Part shown: positions 27,590 to 42,544 of the stretch, piece after piece
Position numbering within the stretch: position 1 is the first letter of the stretch
Layout of the letters: each line of letters starts with the position of its first letter
From: Acanthaster planci
Taxonomy: Eukaryota
Reading direction: 5' to 3'
Assembly (NCBI RefSeq): GCF_001949145.1
Contig: NW_019091362.1
Span: 1,061,838 to 1,125,837 of the forward strand
Length of the DNA: 64,000 bases
Program-made: the position numbers and the translations under genes
Notes under the pieces: generated by a model
Database searches by the model: none
What the model saw: only the letters and a program-made list of their open reading frames with translations
Told to the model about the DNA's origin: nothing

Positions 27590-30500
27590 AGTTGAAGACA
27601 GTACAGACAGTATGGTACATTCTAATGTGGGGCTGGAGATTTTGTATGATAGAAACTCCAAAACTTTTGACATTCTGCACCAAAAGATACAGAACTGTCT
27701 GTCATTTCCTGCATTACGTGTATGTTATTGCTAATCTATTTCAGGTTTTCTTTTTTTATCTTATGAAAAATTAATAAAAATATTTTTGAAGATGAGAGTT
27801 TGTCATGGTAGATGACTCTGTCTTTACTGTGTGTTTTAAACAAAGAATTAAAATTTTAGTAATTTCAAAAAAGAAAAAAAAACACCCAGGAAGTGGTTTT
27901 TACCAAATGAAAACATATCAAACTTCCCCTCTCTTAACAGATGTTTTTTTAGGAAGTGGTGTGACGTACATGTATGTGTACAAGTCATCTCTGCTTTGCT
28001 TCAGTTTGTTATTCATCTGACATTTTGTTGCTGGATAAACGTTTGGCAGACCTGCCATGATACTTTTTTCTTTCTCATTTCAGACTTGTCTCGTATACAA
28101 GCAGATTTTCTGTTCATTCACCCATCTGTGTCCTGCAAATGTACATGTTGTTGAGCAGCGATTTACATGTGTACCTCACATTTGATGAAATTTACACGAT
28201 AGATCATATTCACAAGGGAGCCATTTTAAAAATCTTGTTCCCTAAATCTATTTCATTCAGTGTAATCTGTCAAATGGGGTGGTGCCAGACTACTGTACTT
28301 CAGGGTCCATGCCTCACTTTCTTTGTTTAGTGTTGCTTAAAACATTTAGGCATAATAAATCACAACTTTTAAATTATTCATCAGTGTAGATGAATTACAT
28401 CTATAATGAAGTTTTATTTCCCACTTTCACTTTTATTCCAAGGTGCCAAAAATAAAAATGTTAATCTAGTAGCCCACTGAGAAAAAACTCCCCAGCAAAC
28501 TGGGTCCCCTTCCAGAGACTCATTTGATGGTAATGTAGAACTTGAACTGCTAAATCTTACTTTGCTTTAATACATAAAATGTGACCCAACCTAACAAAAT
28601 GCAAGTTGTCTCCACTACCTTTACGTAGGAGTCAAAGGCTTTTTAAAATACAATGTATCGATCAGTAAGAACGCTAAGCATTGTTCAGCCACAGTGTACC
28701 CATTTTTCATCGGAGGGCCAAACTTAGTAATGTATGCCTAAATGTGCATCAGAACAAAGAGGTTACCGTAGGTTGCTCTTTCTGTTTCAGACTACAACGG
28801 AATTGTGGGAAGATATAGCCTTCACATCCGTTTTTTGAGGGATCTGGTCACAAATCTACTGAACTAAGTCCATCTTCCTGGCATTTTGCTGCCAAATGAT
28901 TGCCTTTGGAAAGATGCAATGCATAGGCCTACAGCTGAAGAGTTGGAAGGTCAATATTTGCAGAGTTTGTACTTGCTAACTGTACCTTTTCACCACTCAA
29001 GCATTTCCACTGTTTTAATATAGACCTACAGTTTGCATAGGTTTCCGTCATGTGCATGTACGTACAGTACGTGTGCGCACACCTACTGTACGTGTATGTA
29101 TTTCTTTACACTGCATGGATATCAGGTGTTTGGAACTGCTTGGTACAAGAATAAAACCACCCTCAGACAATCAGTAGACAAGATCATGTTTATTGGGGGG
29201 TCCCATTTCCCTTGAGCCAATCCCCTCCCTACTACATGTAATGTAATTCTAGCTAGACCCCTGACCCTAACCTGTCTAGAACTAGACCCTTCCACCTGTT
29301 TACTCCCACCTTTGATGGAGAGCAGCTGTCTTTTTTGTGTAAAGGTTGGCCACCAACCAAAACTCCCAGAGAACCTTGCAGTTTTTGTCTGCCATTCTCT
29401 TTCACATGTACATGCACATGTGATATGAGCTCTATAGTGTAAATTACCAGACAAGAGTGCCCTCTAAAACATGCAAAATTTTAAAAGTTGAAAAAGTGTT
29501 TTTCAATGAGCTTAATCAAAAATATATCTGATTGTAGTTTTCTTACATTTAAGAGGAGTAGAAAGTTGTACAAAGTACGTACCTGTATGCACCAGTTCGG
29601 GTATATATGTAGTACCATAGAGCTCTATGGTAGTACATGTACACTGTACATGTTCATCAGGCACCCTTTAACCCTATTCCTGAATCCTTCAGTGGTTAGA
29701 AGATTCAGCAAAATGCCAAACCAAATGGGAACTAGAGACTGACGTGTTGTTGAGCCCCTTTTGGTAAAGTTGCTTGGCTGATCTACATGATTCTACATGT
29801 TCAGGGCCATGATCATGTGCATTAGCCTACAGTTGAATGCATCCTATCCTGAGCTTTGAAGCTTTTCATGGTGAAGGCGGCAAGTTTAGTAAGAGGGTTT
29901 CAGAAGCACCATGCAAGAAATCTCTCTTTTGTGAGTATGTTTATTTCTTTGACCCAGCTTTGTGGAAACTAAAGCTCAGCTGGCTCAGCTAGAGAGACAA
30001 AAATAGGCAACATCATGTACACTTTGAAAAGAACAGAACTACACATACATGTATAATACATGTACTCACAAAAGAGGTATTTTTGCATAGTGTCATATAA
30101 AACCATTTACTTGGCATTCTGTCCTTTCTCAAAGTCTGTGTACAAACCCATTCCTCTGTTATATTTTTTTTTCTGAGTGTACCTTGTCTGTTTTGTGGGA
30201 GGGGGGGAGCTAGCTGAGTTTTGTTTCCACAGAGCTGGGTCAGAGCTCTGCTTTTGTGGTCATGCTTCAGTGGTCTATCTGTTGAGATTTATGGGCCAGG
30301 GCTGTTCCTGGGATTATGTGGGTGGTACCAACCCTTTCAAAGTTTAAGGGGTTGGTTTCCTTAAAGGGACTTCAACGTGTTGGTGGCAGCCCTATAGGNN
30401 NNNNNNNNNNNNNNNNNNNNNNNNNNNNNNNNNNNNNNNNNNNNNNNNNNNNNNNNNNNNNNNNNNACTTTGTGATTTCTGAAGCTGAAACAAATACCAA

Positions 30501-32292
30501 ACTGGTGCATAAATGACATTCAGGCATTAGCAAATGATGTACCAGTAATTACATGTACATGTACACCCACATATCATTTGGAAGTGGTTTAAACACCACA
30601 TGTACAATGAACATGTATGTGAGCTCAGTGTTTTGCAAGTTGGTTTACAGATATATGCAATTGTACACTTCATTTGTCTTAGTACAGTTTTTAACTCTTT
30701 ACATACTGGGTACCGGTTACATGTACCTCTGAGAGACTCAAATTATCATTTGTTGTGTTGCCCAAGTTTGGGATTTTTGTTTTAGCTCCATGCTAGTTTG
30801 AAATCATTTAATTTAAAAAGTTACAGGAAGCTGTAGTAGCTTCTAATTAGGTTGCTGCATTGTAAATGTTTCGACATGTGGTATTCGCATTGTGTTCAAG
30901 GCTGCGGTATATTATGCAAGTACAGCTCTTAGTTTCAAGATTCGTTTTCTGTCTCGGGCTGTTTTGCTTTTTTTCCCTACTATCATGCATAACCAGTGTT
31001 TGAGGTATAAAGTTGGATTTTTTTCAAGGTTAGTTGAGGTTATGATTTTAAAATATTTTCATAAATGGACCATCCGAATGAACTTTGCTATGGGAGATTC
31101 TGAAATCACTTTCAGGCGTTTGCTACTGGGGCTGTTTTCCTCAACGGTGAGATTTGTCAGGATTTTTCCCTGATGTCAGGATTTTTCAAACAATCTCTTT
31201 GAAAATTTACCATGGAGGTGTATTTATGTATAAAAGTAAGTAAATTTTGAGCACAAGAAATGGGTATTTTAAGGGGCACTGAAACATGTACACAAACCAT
31301 ACTAGAGACCCTATGCTGCTGTAGGGCCCTCAAAATCTCTAGTGATTATTTCCTGGATATTTCATTTTCTTCCAATCTCACCACTGTTTTCATGCTCCAA
31401 GGTGGCCTGAAGACAGCCGCTCAGAGCTCAGGCCATGTTCTTGTTAATTTACGACCATCTAAGATTGTCAGTCACACCTTGACAGAAGCAAGTTGCAGGT
31501 CTTAATGAATTTCCTCACCTCACCTCACTATCTCCTGAGGGTCTTATGAAATTACACGACACCACTTACCATGCACATTCTGTTCAGTACAGTGTATATT
31601 TTTTTCATGAACTTTTGGCATTTGGTAAGTACACTTGAACTGTAATGGTCGAGCCTGTGGCAACCAGTGGGGAATATTTCCAAAATGCACTCTGTGTACC
31701 TTTGGCTTGAAGGAGAGAGACCCTTTCAAATTTATGAAAATGTTGTTTTTTTTAATTATTTTCCTTTGAAAGAGCAGAAGGGTACCACCACCTCAGCATA
31801 CAAGGAAAATGGAAATGGAAATTTTACCATGGGAGACCGTTTACTTGCATATGTATCTTTTTTGATTAATTGCTTTTATACGTCAACTTGTAGTTAGAAA
31901 AAGTTGAGCCCTTGAAATAGTTTTATGCTTTGGAGAACAGAAGTTAGACTAAAAAAAGAAAGAGAACATAATGGTATGGTTCTTGCATGAAATTTATCGG
32001 GTCCACAAGTTTACACTGATATTTTAGGTTTGATTAACCATTCCATTTTGAATTTTAGTTTGGATGTTCTTTTTGTGTTGTCCATCCATTTGTCCAAAGT
32101 ACACGTAGGTGTGTTTCTCCGTTCGTCCCACATTTCTTTTGAAAATGCAAATGGAGTGTTTGTGATTTTTTATAGTCGTCTGTATCTTCTGCAAAGAAAT
32201 CCTCTTTTTTAACAAAGTGGTTTTGATTCATCAGAGAAAAAAACTTTAATCCTGTAATTGACTCATTGATCTATTATTGATTAGTTCAGTAG

Positions 32293-32700
<408 letters not shown>

Positions 32701-33079
32701 TAAGCCTAATTGGGCTCTTGGACAGATTGTTCTGTGAAGAGCAAAACTGATTGTTTAAAATTTGTATCTGCTGACACAAGGCGCTTTCAGCAGACCGATA
32801 AAGCAAGATTGAAATTGACCATTTTGTTCATCAGTGGAGTACAGTGAAATTGTAGTGGAGTGAAGGTGGGTTCCTTCCATCTCTTTAATCCGCTAGAACT
32901 TTTCCACTTTGTCTGCCATCTGGAATCTCCAGATATTTAGCTTTTGGAATTGAGACTTGGAACTTTGAGCCCAAGCCGTATATTTCTTGATAAGAAAACA
33001 ATTCCCCCATGAGTGCAGATATTGGATTGTTGACTTGGAATTTTTTTCTCCCTCTACCCCTTTTATTTTTCCAATGCAG

Positions 33080-33221
33080 GGTTTCTTTAGACGTAGTGTA
33101 CAAAAAAACATGCAATACACATGCCACCGAGACAAAAAGTGTGTCATAAACAAAGTCACCAGAAATCGCTGTCAGTACTGCCGGTTCCAGAAGTGCTTCG
33201 AAGTGGGGATGTCAAAAGACT
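33080..33221 (+). CDS. RAR: RAR exon: second zinc finger (142 bp)
   Basis: [47 protein letters not shown]; acceptor ccaatgcag, donor gtgagt, phase 1. Confidence 0.97.
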
Positions 33222-36200
33222 GTGAGTATTAGGAGTAGGTGGGTTCTACTCCCCCCTCTTGTAATCTGCCTGAAAAAAATAGAATGGGGTAAGAGGACGT
33301 GCCGCTGGTTAGATGCAGGAGGTGGCTCCAGACAGAAACCCTAGGAAAATTTAATTAGTATTCACTTCAATATTTCTGGATTTCTTAAGTTTTTGTACGT
33401 ATCTGAGGACCTGTTGTACATGTATGTAATTATTCCGAACAAGTTTTGACACTTGTTAAATTGCCTGTGTCACTATCAACATTGTTAAGCTAAATGCGTA
33501 ACTGCATGGACAGTTGCACTGTCTATTCCCCTCTTCAACCACCAGCCGATTCAAATCTCCAGTGGTACTGTAGTTTTGAAGTCTTCTTGCCACAAACTTC
33601 CATGTGTCATCTCAAATTCACCAATTCACCCTCATTTGGTTTGCTTTCAATTGTTGTTGCACGTAGCTCTGATGTGATGCGAAACATGGTGGGACCCAAC
33701 AGCTCATAAATGGGCTCTAAAAAGGTTTTCATTGACAGTATCAGCTGCCCTCACTCAAACATGATTTGTTTTCCTGATTCACCCAGCATGTGAACTCCGT
33801 GACTAATCTCGGATTGTAACCGGAGTCAACCTTCACATCTTTTTAATGCACAGCGCCATTTTTTTTTTTTGTCTCATTACAGTTGAAAATGTATACTTTT
33901 CATTTTCAAAGTCTGAACACCTGGTAGACAGCTCAGTTCTCTCAGAGAAATCCGTTGGGAACTGAAATTAGCCCCTGCAGTTGGCTGATCGGGCCTCTCT
34001 TGTCATGAGGGTGGGACACAAGGTGCAGAAGGGCCCAACTGTTCCATTTTTTGCCTTTGCGAAATCGAAAGTTCAAACACTGTCAAGAGCACATGATGAT
34101 CATGCTGAGAAAGATTGCAAGATACCATTGTTGCACTGATGATACAGAAACCACATTCCAGACAGTCTATCAACTTGGTAATTATTTTGGGCATGCTTTC
34201 CCACTGGATAAAGAAGCAGGTGTGAGGAAAAAATAACTAAAAATTTTACAATAAGAAAATCGAAAGGGGGTTTACTTTGTATGAAAGGTGTGGGAAAGGT
34301 TTTGGCTTTCAGAAAGTAAAAAAATCTTGCTGGGAAAAAAAATCAGCATGATTATTGGAGTAATCTGCATGTAGGTACAACAACGAACAAGTCAACAGGT
34401 TGTTGCCATCATGGAGAGTAATGGTAGACCCTTCTGAGTGATGCACTGCTAAAGTAAACCACACTTAAATGGAACATCTTATTCCAACATAAGCCTGTAT
34501 GGGCATGCCGCTGGCCTATGAAGACCAGTTTACAGAAGAGCCTCATTAATGTGGTCTCCTATCCTTGAGCCTCTCAAAGACTGGGCCATGCCCCCTCCTC
34601 TTTCAGGTAACATGTTTCAAATGAGCTTTGGCACATTTCAGTCAGTGCCTGTGCACTCTTGAACAGAATTCAAAAGAAGATGAAAATTTCAAAGCTGTCT
34701 GAACCGTCTATGTGAAAGGAAAGGGGGGGCGCCATGCCAGTGCACTCTATTTGTGGGCGTAGTTTGCCTTTAAAAAAACCCACAGCACACACCAAAAAAG
34801 GGAAAGAGGCTTTATATACATGTATGTACAACTACCCCAGCGCATGGATTAGTCATCTTGCGACATGATCCTTGGGGGGTTAGATAGGACAGACACTCCT
34901 TAATTGAGGAGTTTCTAATTAAGATTGACTGGAGTTTGTGGGAAAGAGTTCCGGTTTCTCTTTCCTCAGCAGTCTGTCAACATTTCCCGCGTGCACATGG
35001 TACGGTTATGTGTTCACATTTGTTTTATTTCCAGTTGGTGGTTGGGGGGGATGCACATGTAGGAACCTTGTTCCTGGCTTTGGCATGTGACAGTGACTTT
35101 ACCCTTTCTGCTTAATGTGGAAAGATTTGCAGTTGGTCAGTTTAATGTGGCATGTATATGTACCATCAGAGATGCCAACCTGTACGATTTAGGCATAAAT
35201 TTTACAATTTGTGTTGTCCGTTTACGACTGTACAATCCAGACTAAGATTTTTGCGATTTCCAACTCAAAGGTAAAAAAACCATACAGTGGTGTATAAACT
35301 TGACGTAAGCTACACATGTAACACGGACCCAGCCTCGTAATGTGCGCGTCAGAAATGTGTTACTGGCATCCTGCAGTTTGTGCGTACAAGCTGCGTGAGT
35401 AGCGGTAGAAACCAGCGTGGTTGAATCATCCATTGGCTCCATTTAATGCTGTGATGAACGGGGGCGAATAGGCAAGATTGCACTTTATATGCAATGTGAT
35501 TGTGTATGTCTATGAATCGTATGTGTACTGATATGGTACGCATGTGTGTTGAACATCATTATCATGTTAAAGTTGACCAGAGTGGAGGAACTGTCAAGGA
35601 GTTGATTCTTGGATATTTGGTGAGCAACTGGACTGTTTTGCACAGTAGCAACAAGTTGAGCAGAAGTTCAGGGACAAATACACCACAAAAATGGGCCTTA
35701 ATTACAAGGTCTTGTCCGAGAGAAGCTTACGTGTTTTGCAACGCATATAACTGTGACATGATAAGTATTGCCCATGCTGGGTCTTACGACAAATTGACAC
35801 TGAGAAGCACATGATTGGGCCAAGAAAAAAAAAGCTCTGCTTCCAATTAAATAGGGTCAGTAGGTAAGGATTTTTTGACAATTTTTGTGCTGATTGAATG
35901 TGACGAAAGTTGACTAAAATTGCCACAAAAGTGATTACAATGAAAACTTATCAGAATATATGTGGAAATATGATCAGCAATTAACTACAATTCACACTTG
36001 CACAATGCTAGTCAGGTAAATGTAAATGTTTTGACATGGAAAGAAGTTGTTGACAGGTGTTTGTTTTGAAAGAAAAGACAGCAGGATTTTTAAAAAGAAT
36101 TTAATTTTTTTTCCGAATTTTGATGAAAATTTTTAGAATTGCGCCGAAAAATTAGGGTCGGCCGGAAAACCGGAAACTGGAAGTGCGATAGGATTACACT

Positions 36201-37271
36201 TTTTCATTTTCAAAAATTAGCATCTTTGTACTATGATTACATACCAACTTTCAATGCATGCATCTGCATACATCCCTGTACATGTATACAAACATTCAAA
36301 ACTTTGCTCAACTAAAGCCTCCTCAAAATGATAGGCTCTTTAGACCTAGAATTTCAAAGTCAAGACACCAAAAGAGAAAAATCTGAAATAATGTTTTTTC
36401 AAAGGTTCCCTTGCACTAAACACATGTACATCTAATTTTATCCTTCAGATAAAAATCTAGTTGGAATTTTTTTTGTTCCCTGACTTCCACAAATAATGCT
36501 TTTGTTTCAGTCTACAATATTACTTTAGACCCAACTACAGTGCAGAGGTTGCCTCTTGACTCCATTCAGCATCCTAGGTGTTATCCCTTACCAAACCTTC
36601 CCCTGTCTGTATATCTCCTGTGATCCAATGCTTACCTCACCCCTAACCTAGCCTTCAAGCCATCATCCCCCCCTCCCGCCGCCTCTTCCCAACCCTTCCT
36701 CCTCTGTGTTGTATACCCTGATCCAACCTGACGGCACCCTTGACCCATCCATCCACCTCTCCCTGCCTTGTCACTTGGACTATCTCTCCTTGCCCTCCCT
36801 CATCTTTCTTGTCTTATTCACGTGACCTACCCCCTCTCCATGACTTAACTTTCCCCTTCAGTGCAACTACTCTGCTCGTGGTCTTTCGATGTAACTCTTG
36901 TAGGTTTCACCCGACCCTAAAATCTGTACCCTAACACCCCAGAGGTGCAGTTGTATGCGCACTTTATTCTAATCCCTTTAAGGGATAAAAAATGCTTAAT
37001 TTCACCTAAACACAGCAGCTGACCCTCTCCGTGTTTGGATGTTTTGTTTTTGGCCGCATTTGTCCATCAGTTATAAAGGCTGCTTTGTACTTCCGACAAA
37101 TTTTATGTTACAAATAGTTTGCAACAAATTTCACTTTAAATTGAAACATGTTCAGTATTTGGGAATTTTGAGCACAAATATATAGTCTGACTTCACCGAA
37201 TCATGCTCATGTTCCCTTTTGCATCAACTCTATTTGATGTTAAGAGTCGGACTGTTAATTGCCCTCAACAG

Positions 37272-37426
37272 GTGTTAGGAATGACCGGAATAAGAAGAAA
37301 AAGGTGAAGCAGGAGGTAACAGAGAGCCAGACGATTCCCCCTGAGATTGAAGACATCGTGGACAAAGTGCTCCAAGCTCACGTAGACACCTTCCCCTCAG
37401 ACCCAATCGGTCCAGCCTTCAGTGTG
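37272..37426 (+). CDS. RAR: RAR exon: T/A box, NLS-hinge and LBD helix 1
   Basis: (C)VRNDRNKKKKVKQE...IVDKVLQAHVDTFP...FSV carries the RAR hallmarks VRNDRNKKKK and AHxxTFP. Donor gtacgt at 37427 is phase 0, as the next exon requires. Confidence 0.93.
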
Positions 37427-38720
37427 GTACGTGAGTCTGCCAAACTAGTTGCATGTCGGTGCACGTGTGTGTTTTTTACCAATTGTCCAAATGGCACAGA
37501 GCTCTTTGCTCATCAAAGAATCATTAGTGAGTGAGGGAATAGGTGACAGTAAGCTAACTTTGAACTGGGAACAAGCTTCTCATGCAGATACAGCTTGTTA
37601 TGTCGTTCTTTCTGTCCACCCATTGGTTGTGCACATTTTCACATGCTTCTCATTGAAATCATGTTTGTATGGCTTGCTTTCAATTCAACTTTTGGCACAT
37701 ACAGTGTACCTGTGGCGCCTAGTACGTGGTATACGTGCCACGGTTTGGCATTGTTGCGTTGGCAGTTGAAAGCAGCACGCCATCAGATGTTACTGTCTCT
37801 GAGTGGCATTTTCCTTTCTATGCCATGTGTTTGGTACAGCCCAACCCACGCAATCAGTAGCCCATTTCTGCAGGTGCATGTACATGTATGTGCCTCCCTC
37901 CCACCCACGCGTGTGACATTTAACCTTTGCACATGAACCTATGGTGAAAGTGCTTGCTCTTGTAGTCTATCCAGAGCAGAAAGCCTTCACTCACTCATGA
38001 AAAGAGAGTTTGAAAAAGAAACCCTTCATCTGATGACTAATTGATGTAACATGGGATCGTTGTCTATTTATCTAACGCCAGCCTTGGTACCTGCCTTACC
38101 CTGTTGCTTGGTCTGTCTGTTATCTGGCCATTGACAAGTAAATTTCACCCCGTCTGCCTGGTGACGAAACATTGTACTGGGTTGTATGTGCACGCAGATG
38201 TGTTACTGAGTGACTTGTCCCAAATAAGGACCATGTTAAGAAAAAAAAAATGTTCAGGAAAGGTCAGTTCTTTGAAGTATTTAAGGTTTAAGAGCAGGCC
38301 TGTACTTACGGATTGGAAATCATCTAGTATACTGAAACAATCTTCCCCTTGTTTGTTTGTGTAGTCAGTTTTTACCAGTACATATCTCACAGATTAGGTT
38401 TAAATTGACAGTGCTATCATATCTGTGTGTCAGTAAATGTACATGAATGTTTGTTAGAAGGGCCTCTACTAGTTAGTGTAATTATCCAGAATTTTGTCTG
38501 AGCGCTCTCAGTGTGCCTTCTGTTGTTGTAATTTATACGACAATTCAAACCACAGGTGGTCTTGAAAACCCAAACTGGATTTACAGAAATATGAACTCCT
38601 TTTTTAGGCCACGGAAATTCAGCCTCTGCCAGTGCAATTTTGCAGAGCTGAGTCACAGTCAGAGGTTCGGAGGTAATGGGGTCTCCCCGTAATGGCTCCA
38701 TCTCTCAGCTTAGCATCGTT

Positions 38721-38734
38721 TGAACTCTTGACCC
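38721..38734 (-). promoter_or_regulatory. Perfect DR2 candidate RARE (GGGTCA-ag-AGTTCA)
   Basis: tgaact ct tgaccc on +. Confidence 0.45.
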
Positions 38735-41700
38735 CGGCCTCAAAGCCACTGTAAAAACCACCAGCATGATTGATCTTATTTGTCCAGGTGTAGAGCATAA
38801 TTGGCCATTTATTTCCATGCGTCAATTGCTGGGCCTATTTTTAAGACCGTAGACTTGAACTTCTTTTCTGTGGAATAAGGGACTATAAAAATAATAAATT
38901 TTAAAAAATGACCTGACTTTGGAGAAAGGAAATGGAAAATGAGAATATCTGGAGGCCTACTCCAACCTTAGTAATTTGCACTGGCATAAAGAGGGGACAG
39001 ATTGGGGTTTTCTTTTCTCTATTTTTTTGGGGGGGGATTGGGGTTTTGTGTGGTTTTTGTTTAATGTGAGCCATGTCAGTATCTAGCATTCATGGCTGTG
39101 GCTTCATTTGAGCCATTGCAATGGTATTGTTGCTTCTGTACCTAAAGCCATTGACAGATGCAAAGAAGTAGTTACAGTCACAGATAGGTCCCCTCTGAAC
39201 ATCAAGGGGTCCTTCCCAAATTTGCTTACACTGTAATACAACAGGTGAACGGGTAGAGTGCAGATGATATTTCAGAATTATTTTCTGCGTTGTAGCATAA
39301 AGACTTGAACCTCAGGATTATTTCGTTCTCCTAAGCTGTCATTGCAAAGCAGGTTCTTATCTGCAATGCCCTGGGTACCGGTGAGTCCACAAAAAGGCCG
39401 CCTGTGTGCCCCATACGCCATATTTCTTTTATTACTCAATCATCCCAAAGAGTGGTAGGGTTAAGTCTTGTGGGTATTCTCCATCTAGGTACCAAACAAT
39501 AGAATGAAAAACCTGCAGTCTGGCAACATCTTCAGGGGTGAAACTTCCATTATGTGTAGGACGTAGCGTGCACAAAATTATGGACTTGCCCATTGACAAA
39601 CTGACTCCATGAGTTGTCACCGACTGGTGTGATAACATGCCCTGTATTAAGATATTCAGTCTCCCGACTGGCAGTTACCTCTTTAATGGTCTGCAGAAGG
39701 AACCGATTCTCATTTCCTTCTTGTAGGGATATCAAGGGGGGGGGGATATTTTGTCAGTTAACCCAACAGGACCTGGCTTCAAAGCAGTTGACCTTTTAAC
39801 ATTTTGGCTAATATTCTGAGAACTCCAATTAGGAATTGGGCATGATTAAAGCATTTCCTTTGAGGTTATCAGACAGAAACCAGGGCTTAGGAACTTCTTA
39901 CGATACAAAAATAAGGGATTCTGTAAAACGTTTGGTTAGTACACTTAATAGGTTTGAAATCATCACTTGCCATTACGTACATGTACATGATATAGTATGC
40001 TGTTACCTTTCTTCTAACCAAGAAGATTGAGCTTGAGGTAGAATTCCTGGGGAATTTTAGTTTGCATCCTGCATGGAAAGAAAAGATAGCAGGTTTATAA
40101 AGTTAATGAATAGTCTCACTATTTGCTACGCACATCAAAGTGCGTGTACCAGTTCATGTATGTATGCAATTATTGAACAGATGGTAACCAAAAAATCCAG
40201 TGTCATTTTTTTAAAAAAATGAAATGAAGATTATTTGGATATAGTTTTGGTGTTCAACGGTTTGCATTTTATTGCCTTTTCCTGTATTATTTTGTTATTC
40301 ATACATTATTGATTGTTGCGAAAACCAGTCATTTTAGCAATTTATTTGCTGAAAGATACACGCACATCAAATGGAAACTGAAGCTGGTGATCTTAGCATT
40401 TGTGCCAATTTTTCCTCCATCCCATTACTCTTTTTGTGTAGGTGGAGGATGATTCTGATAAGCTTTGCGTATTGGCGAATTGTTACAAGGGCGAGACAGC
40501 AGGACACGGTTATAACAGGGATAATACCAGCCTGGTCAAGCTGAAAGCGGTGGGGAAAACAAACAAACAAACAAACAAACAAGAACAAAGTGATAGCAAA
40601 TCTGAATGTAGTTCTTGTCCCAGTTTTGTTATCAAATATCCACAAGATCATCTCAGCACCATGTTCAATTTCTCCTTATTTACTACAATTCCATTTTTTT
40701 TGTAAACAAATTATATCATCTTTTGTAATCCTGCTTCGGTCCCTCCCTCAAATCATCTCGCCCTTTTACCTGTCATCAGAAATCATCTTGACATGCCTTC
40801 AGTTTGTCCCTGTTGTCACAGACAAGTCCACATTGATTTCCTGACACCCACTGAGCTCCAATTTGCACTTTTTTTTTTTGCTGTAAACACACGCATTCTT
40901 GCTACCATGATTGAATTTAATAGTACTTATCTGTTTTGTTGCCATACTCAATGTGTACTTTACCCAGACACTTCACATCCGTTCCTGTTCATTGCATCAT
41001 GAGGCTTTTTTGCTTACAGTGTTCCTGAAAATGCAAAATACTGCACAGTTTTACCCAGACTTATTGCTTTGTTTTGATGTAGTTGCAGATGCCTTATTGT
41101 ATAGAAATCATCTTTTATCTTTTTCTGAAAAACAAAGGAAGAAAAAAGCTATCCTTCCATTTTATGAGCAGAAGTTTGACTGAATGATCTATTTTAAGGC
41201 ATGATCTCTCTCATAAAAGTGCATGCAGCCTGAAATTCAAATTTTGTTATTTCTTTCTCTCTTGAGCTATACAAATTTTTTTTTTGTTTCTGTTTCTACC
41301 TGGTTATGAAAGCGTTGTAGAATCAGCAAACTTAAACTAATAGGTGAGCGAAAGTAAAAATGCCCGGGGGCAGTGGAGTTCTTTGAACCAATGTAGTTTG
41401 CCAAAAATGTTTTCTAGCAAAAGTGTTAGTTTAGTGGAGCCCAATTTGTTTTTTTTTATTTTTGGTGGTCGAAAATAGCTACTTTTGAAAAGCATAATTC
41501 TTAGAAATACTTGTAGACATCTGTGTTTTATTTGTGAGTTCATTTTTGGGGGGGGATGTTGCTGACTTCATTTGATGCGCTCAAATGCGGACAGTAGTAA
41601 GATACAGTTTTCAAACCAAAGGAAGAAGTGTGTTGGATCTGAAAGGAAGTATGGAGGTCTCGTGACAATTTTTCAGAGCTCTGGCCTAGATAAAACGACA

Positions 41701-42416
41701 TCTTATCTTGTTGCTGGAAAGTGTGATTGCTGGTTCCCCCTCCCCCGAGTGGTATACATTGCACAGTCACCCTCAGTATCCCCCTGTCCTAGCAGTGGGG
41801 GAGTTATTTATAAGGAGTTGAGCAGGAGGTTAGTCGCTGCTGGGAAAATCACGCAGTAAATCACTTCCAAGCATGAAAACAATGCAGAAATATTTGGCCC
41901 AATAAATCTCTCATTTTCTGGTGATTTATTCAGTCTGTTGAACAGTGGTAGTATTGTATGACTGAAATTGGATCCTCCGAACAACCAAGTGGTCAAGGAC
42001 TCTCTGAAGTTTCAATTTTACTATATTTAGTCAGGTCGAAAATGCAAGTTACATGTAATGCAGGGGATCCCTATGCCGGAAAAACATTTCACTGCAGATC
42101 TTCAATCAAGACACACGTTGTGGAGATGAGAAAAAGTTTTATATGACCTTGAGAGACCAATCAGAGGTAATTACAGGACAATATCCTAAGGATTTACAAC
42201 TGTTTAAATTTTTTACTGCCTCGCCCATGTTATATTGGTGTTGTTTACATTTTACTGAAAACAGCCAAGCCAGACGCAAACCAAAAGGAAATAAAAACAG
42301 AATCTGCGGTTGCCCCCAGAAATCTAAGCCCAGCAGGCTACCAGCAAAGTTTTGTGGTTTCTATGTCTCTTGTTCTCCAACTAAGTGTTGGGTTACAAGC
42401 TAGGACGGCAGTGACC

Positions 42417-42544
42417 GGGTCACAAGGACAGAGAAGTAGGGCAGGGCAGGTTGAGAAGGACAATTGAGAGTTGCTGTGGGTTCAAAGGGACAGAGGATGA
42501 GGTTCAGCTTTTTCACTGTGTCCCACTCGACAGGAAAGAGTTCA
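42417..42544 (+). promoter_or_regulatory. Dense cluster of half-sites with two near-consensus DR2s
   Basis: GGGTCA ca AGGACA (42417-42430), GGTTCA aa GGGACA (42479-42492), GGTTCA (42501), AGTTCA (42539), plus AGGGCA, AGGTTG and AGGACA variants. Confidence 0.4.
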
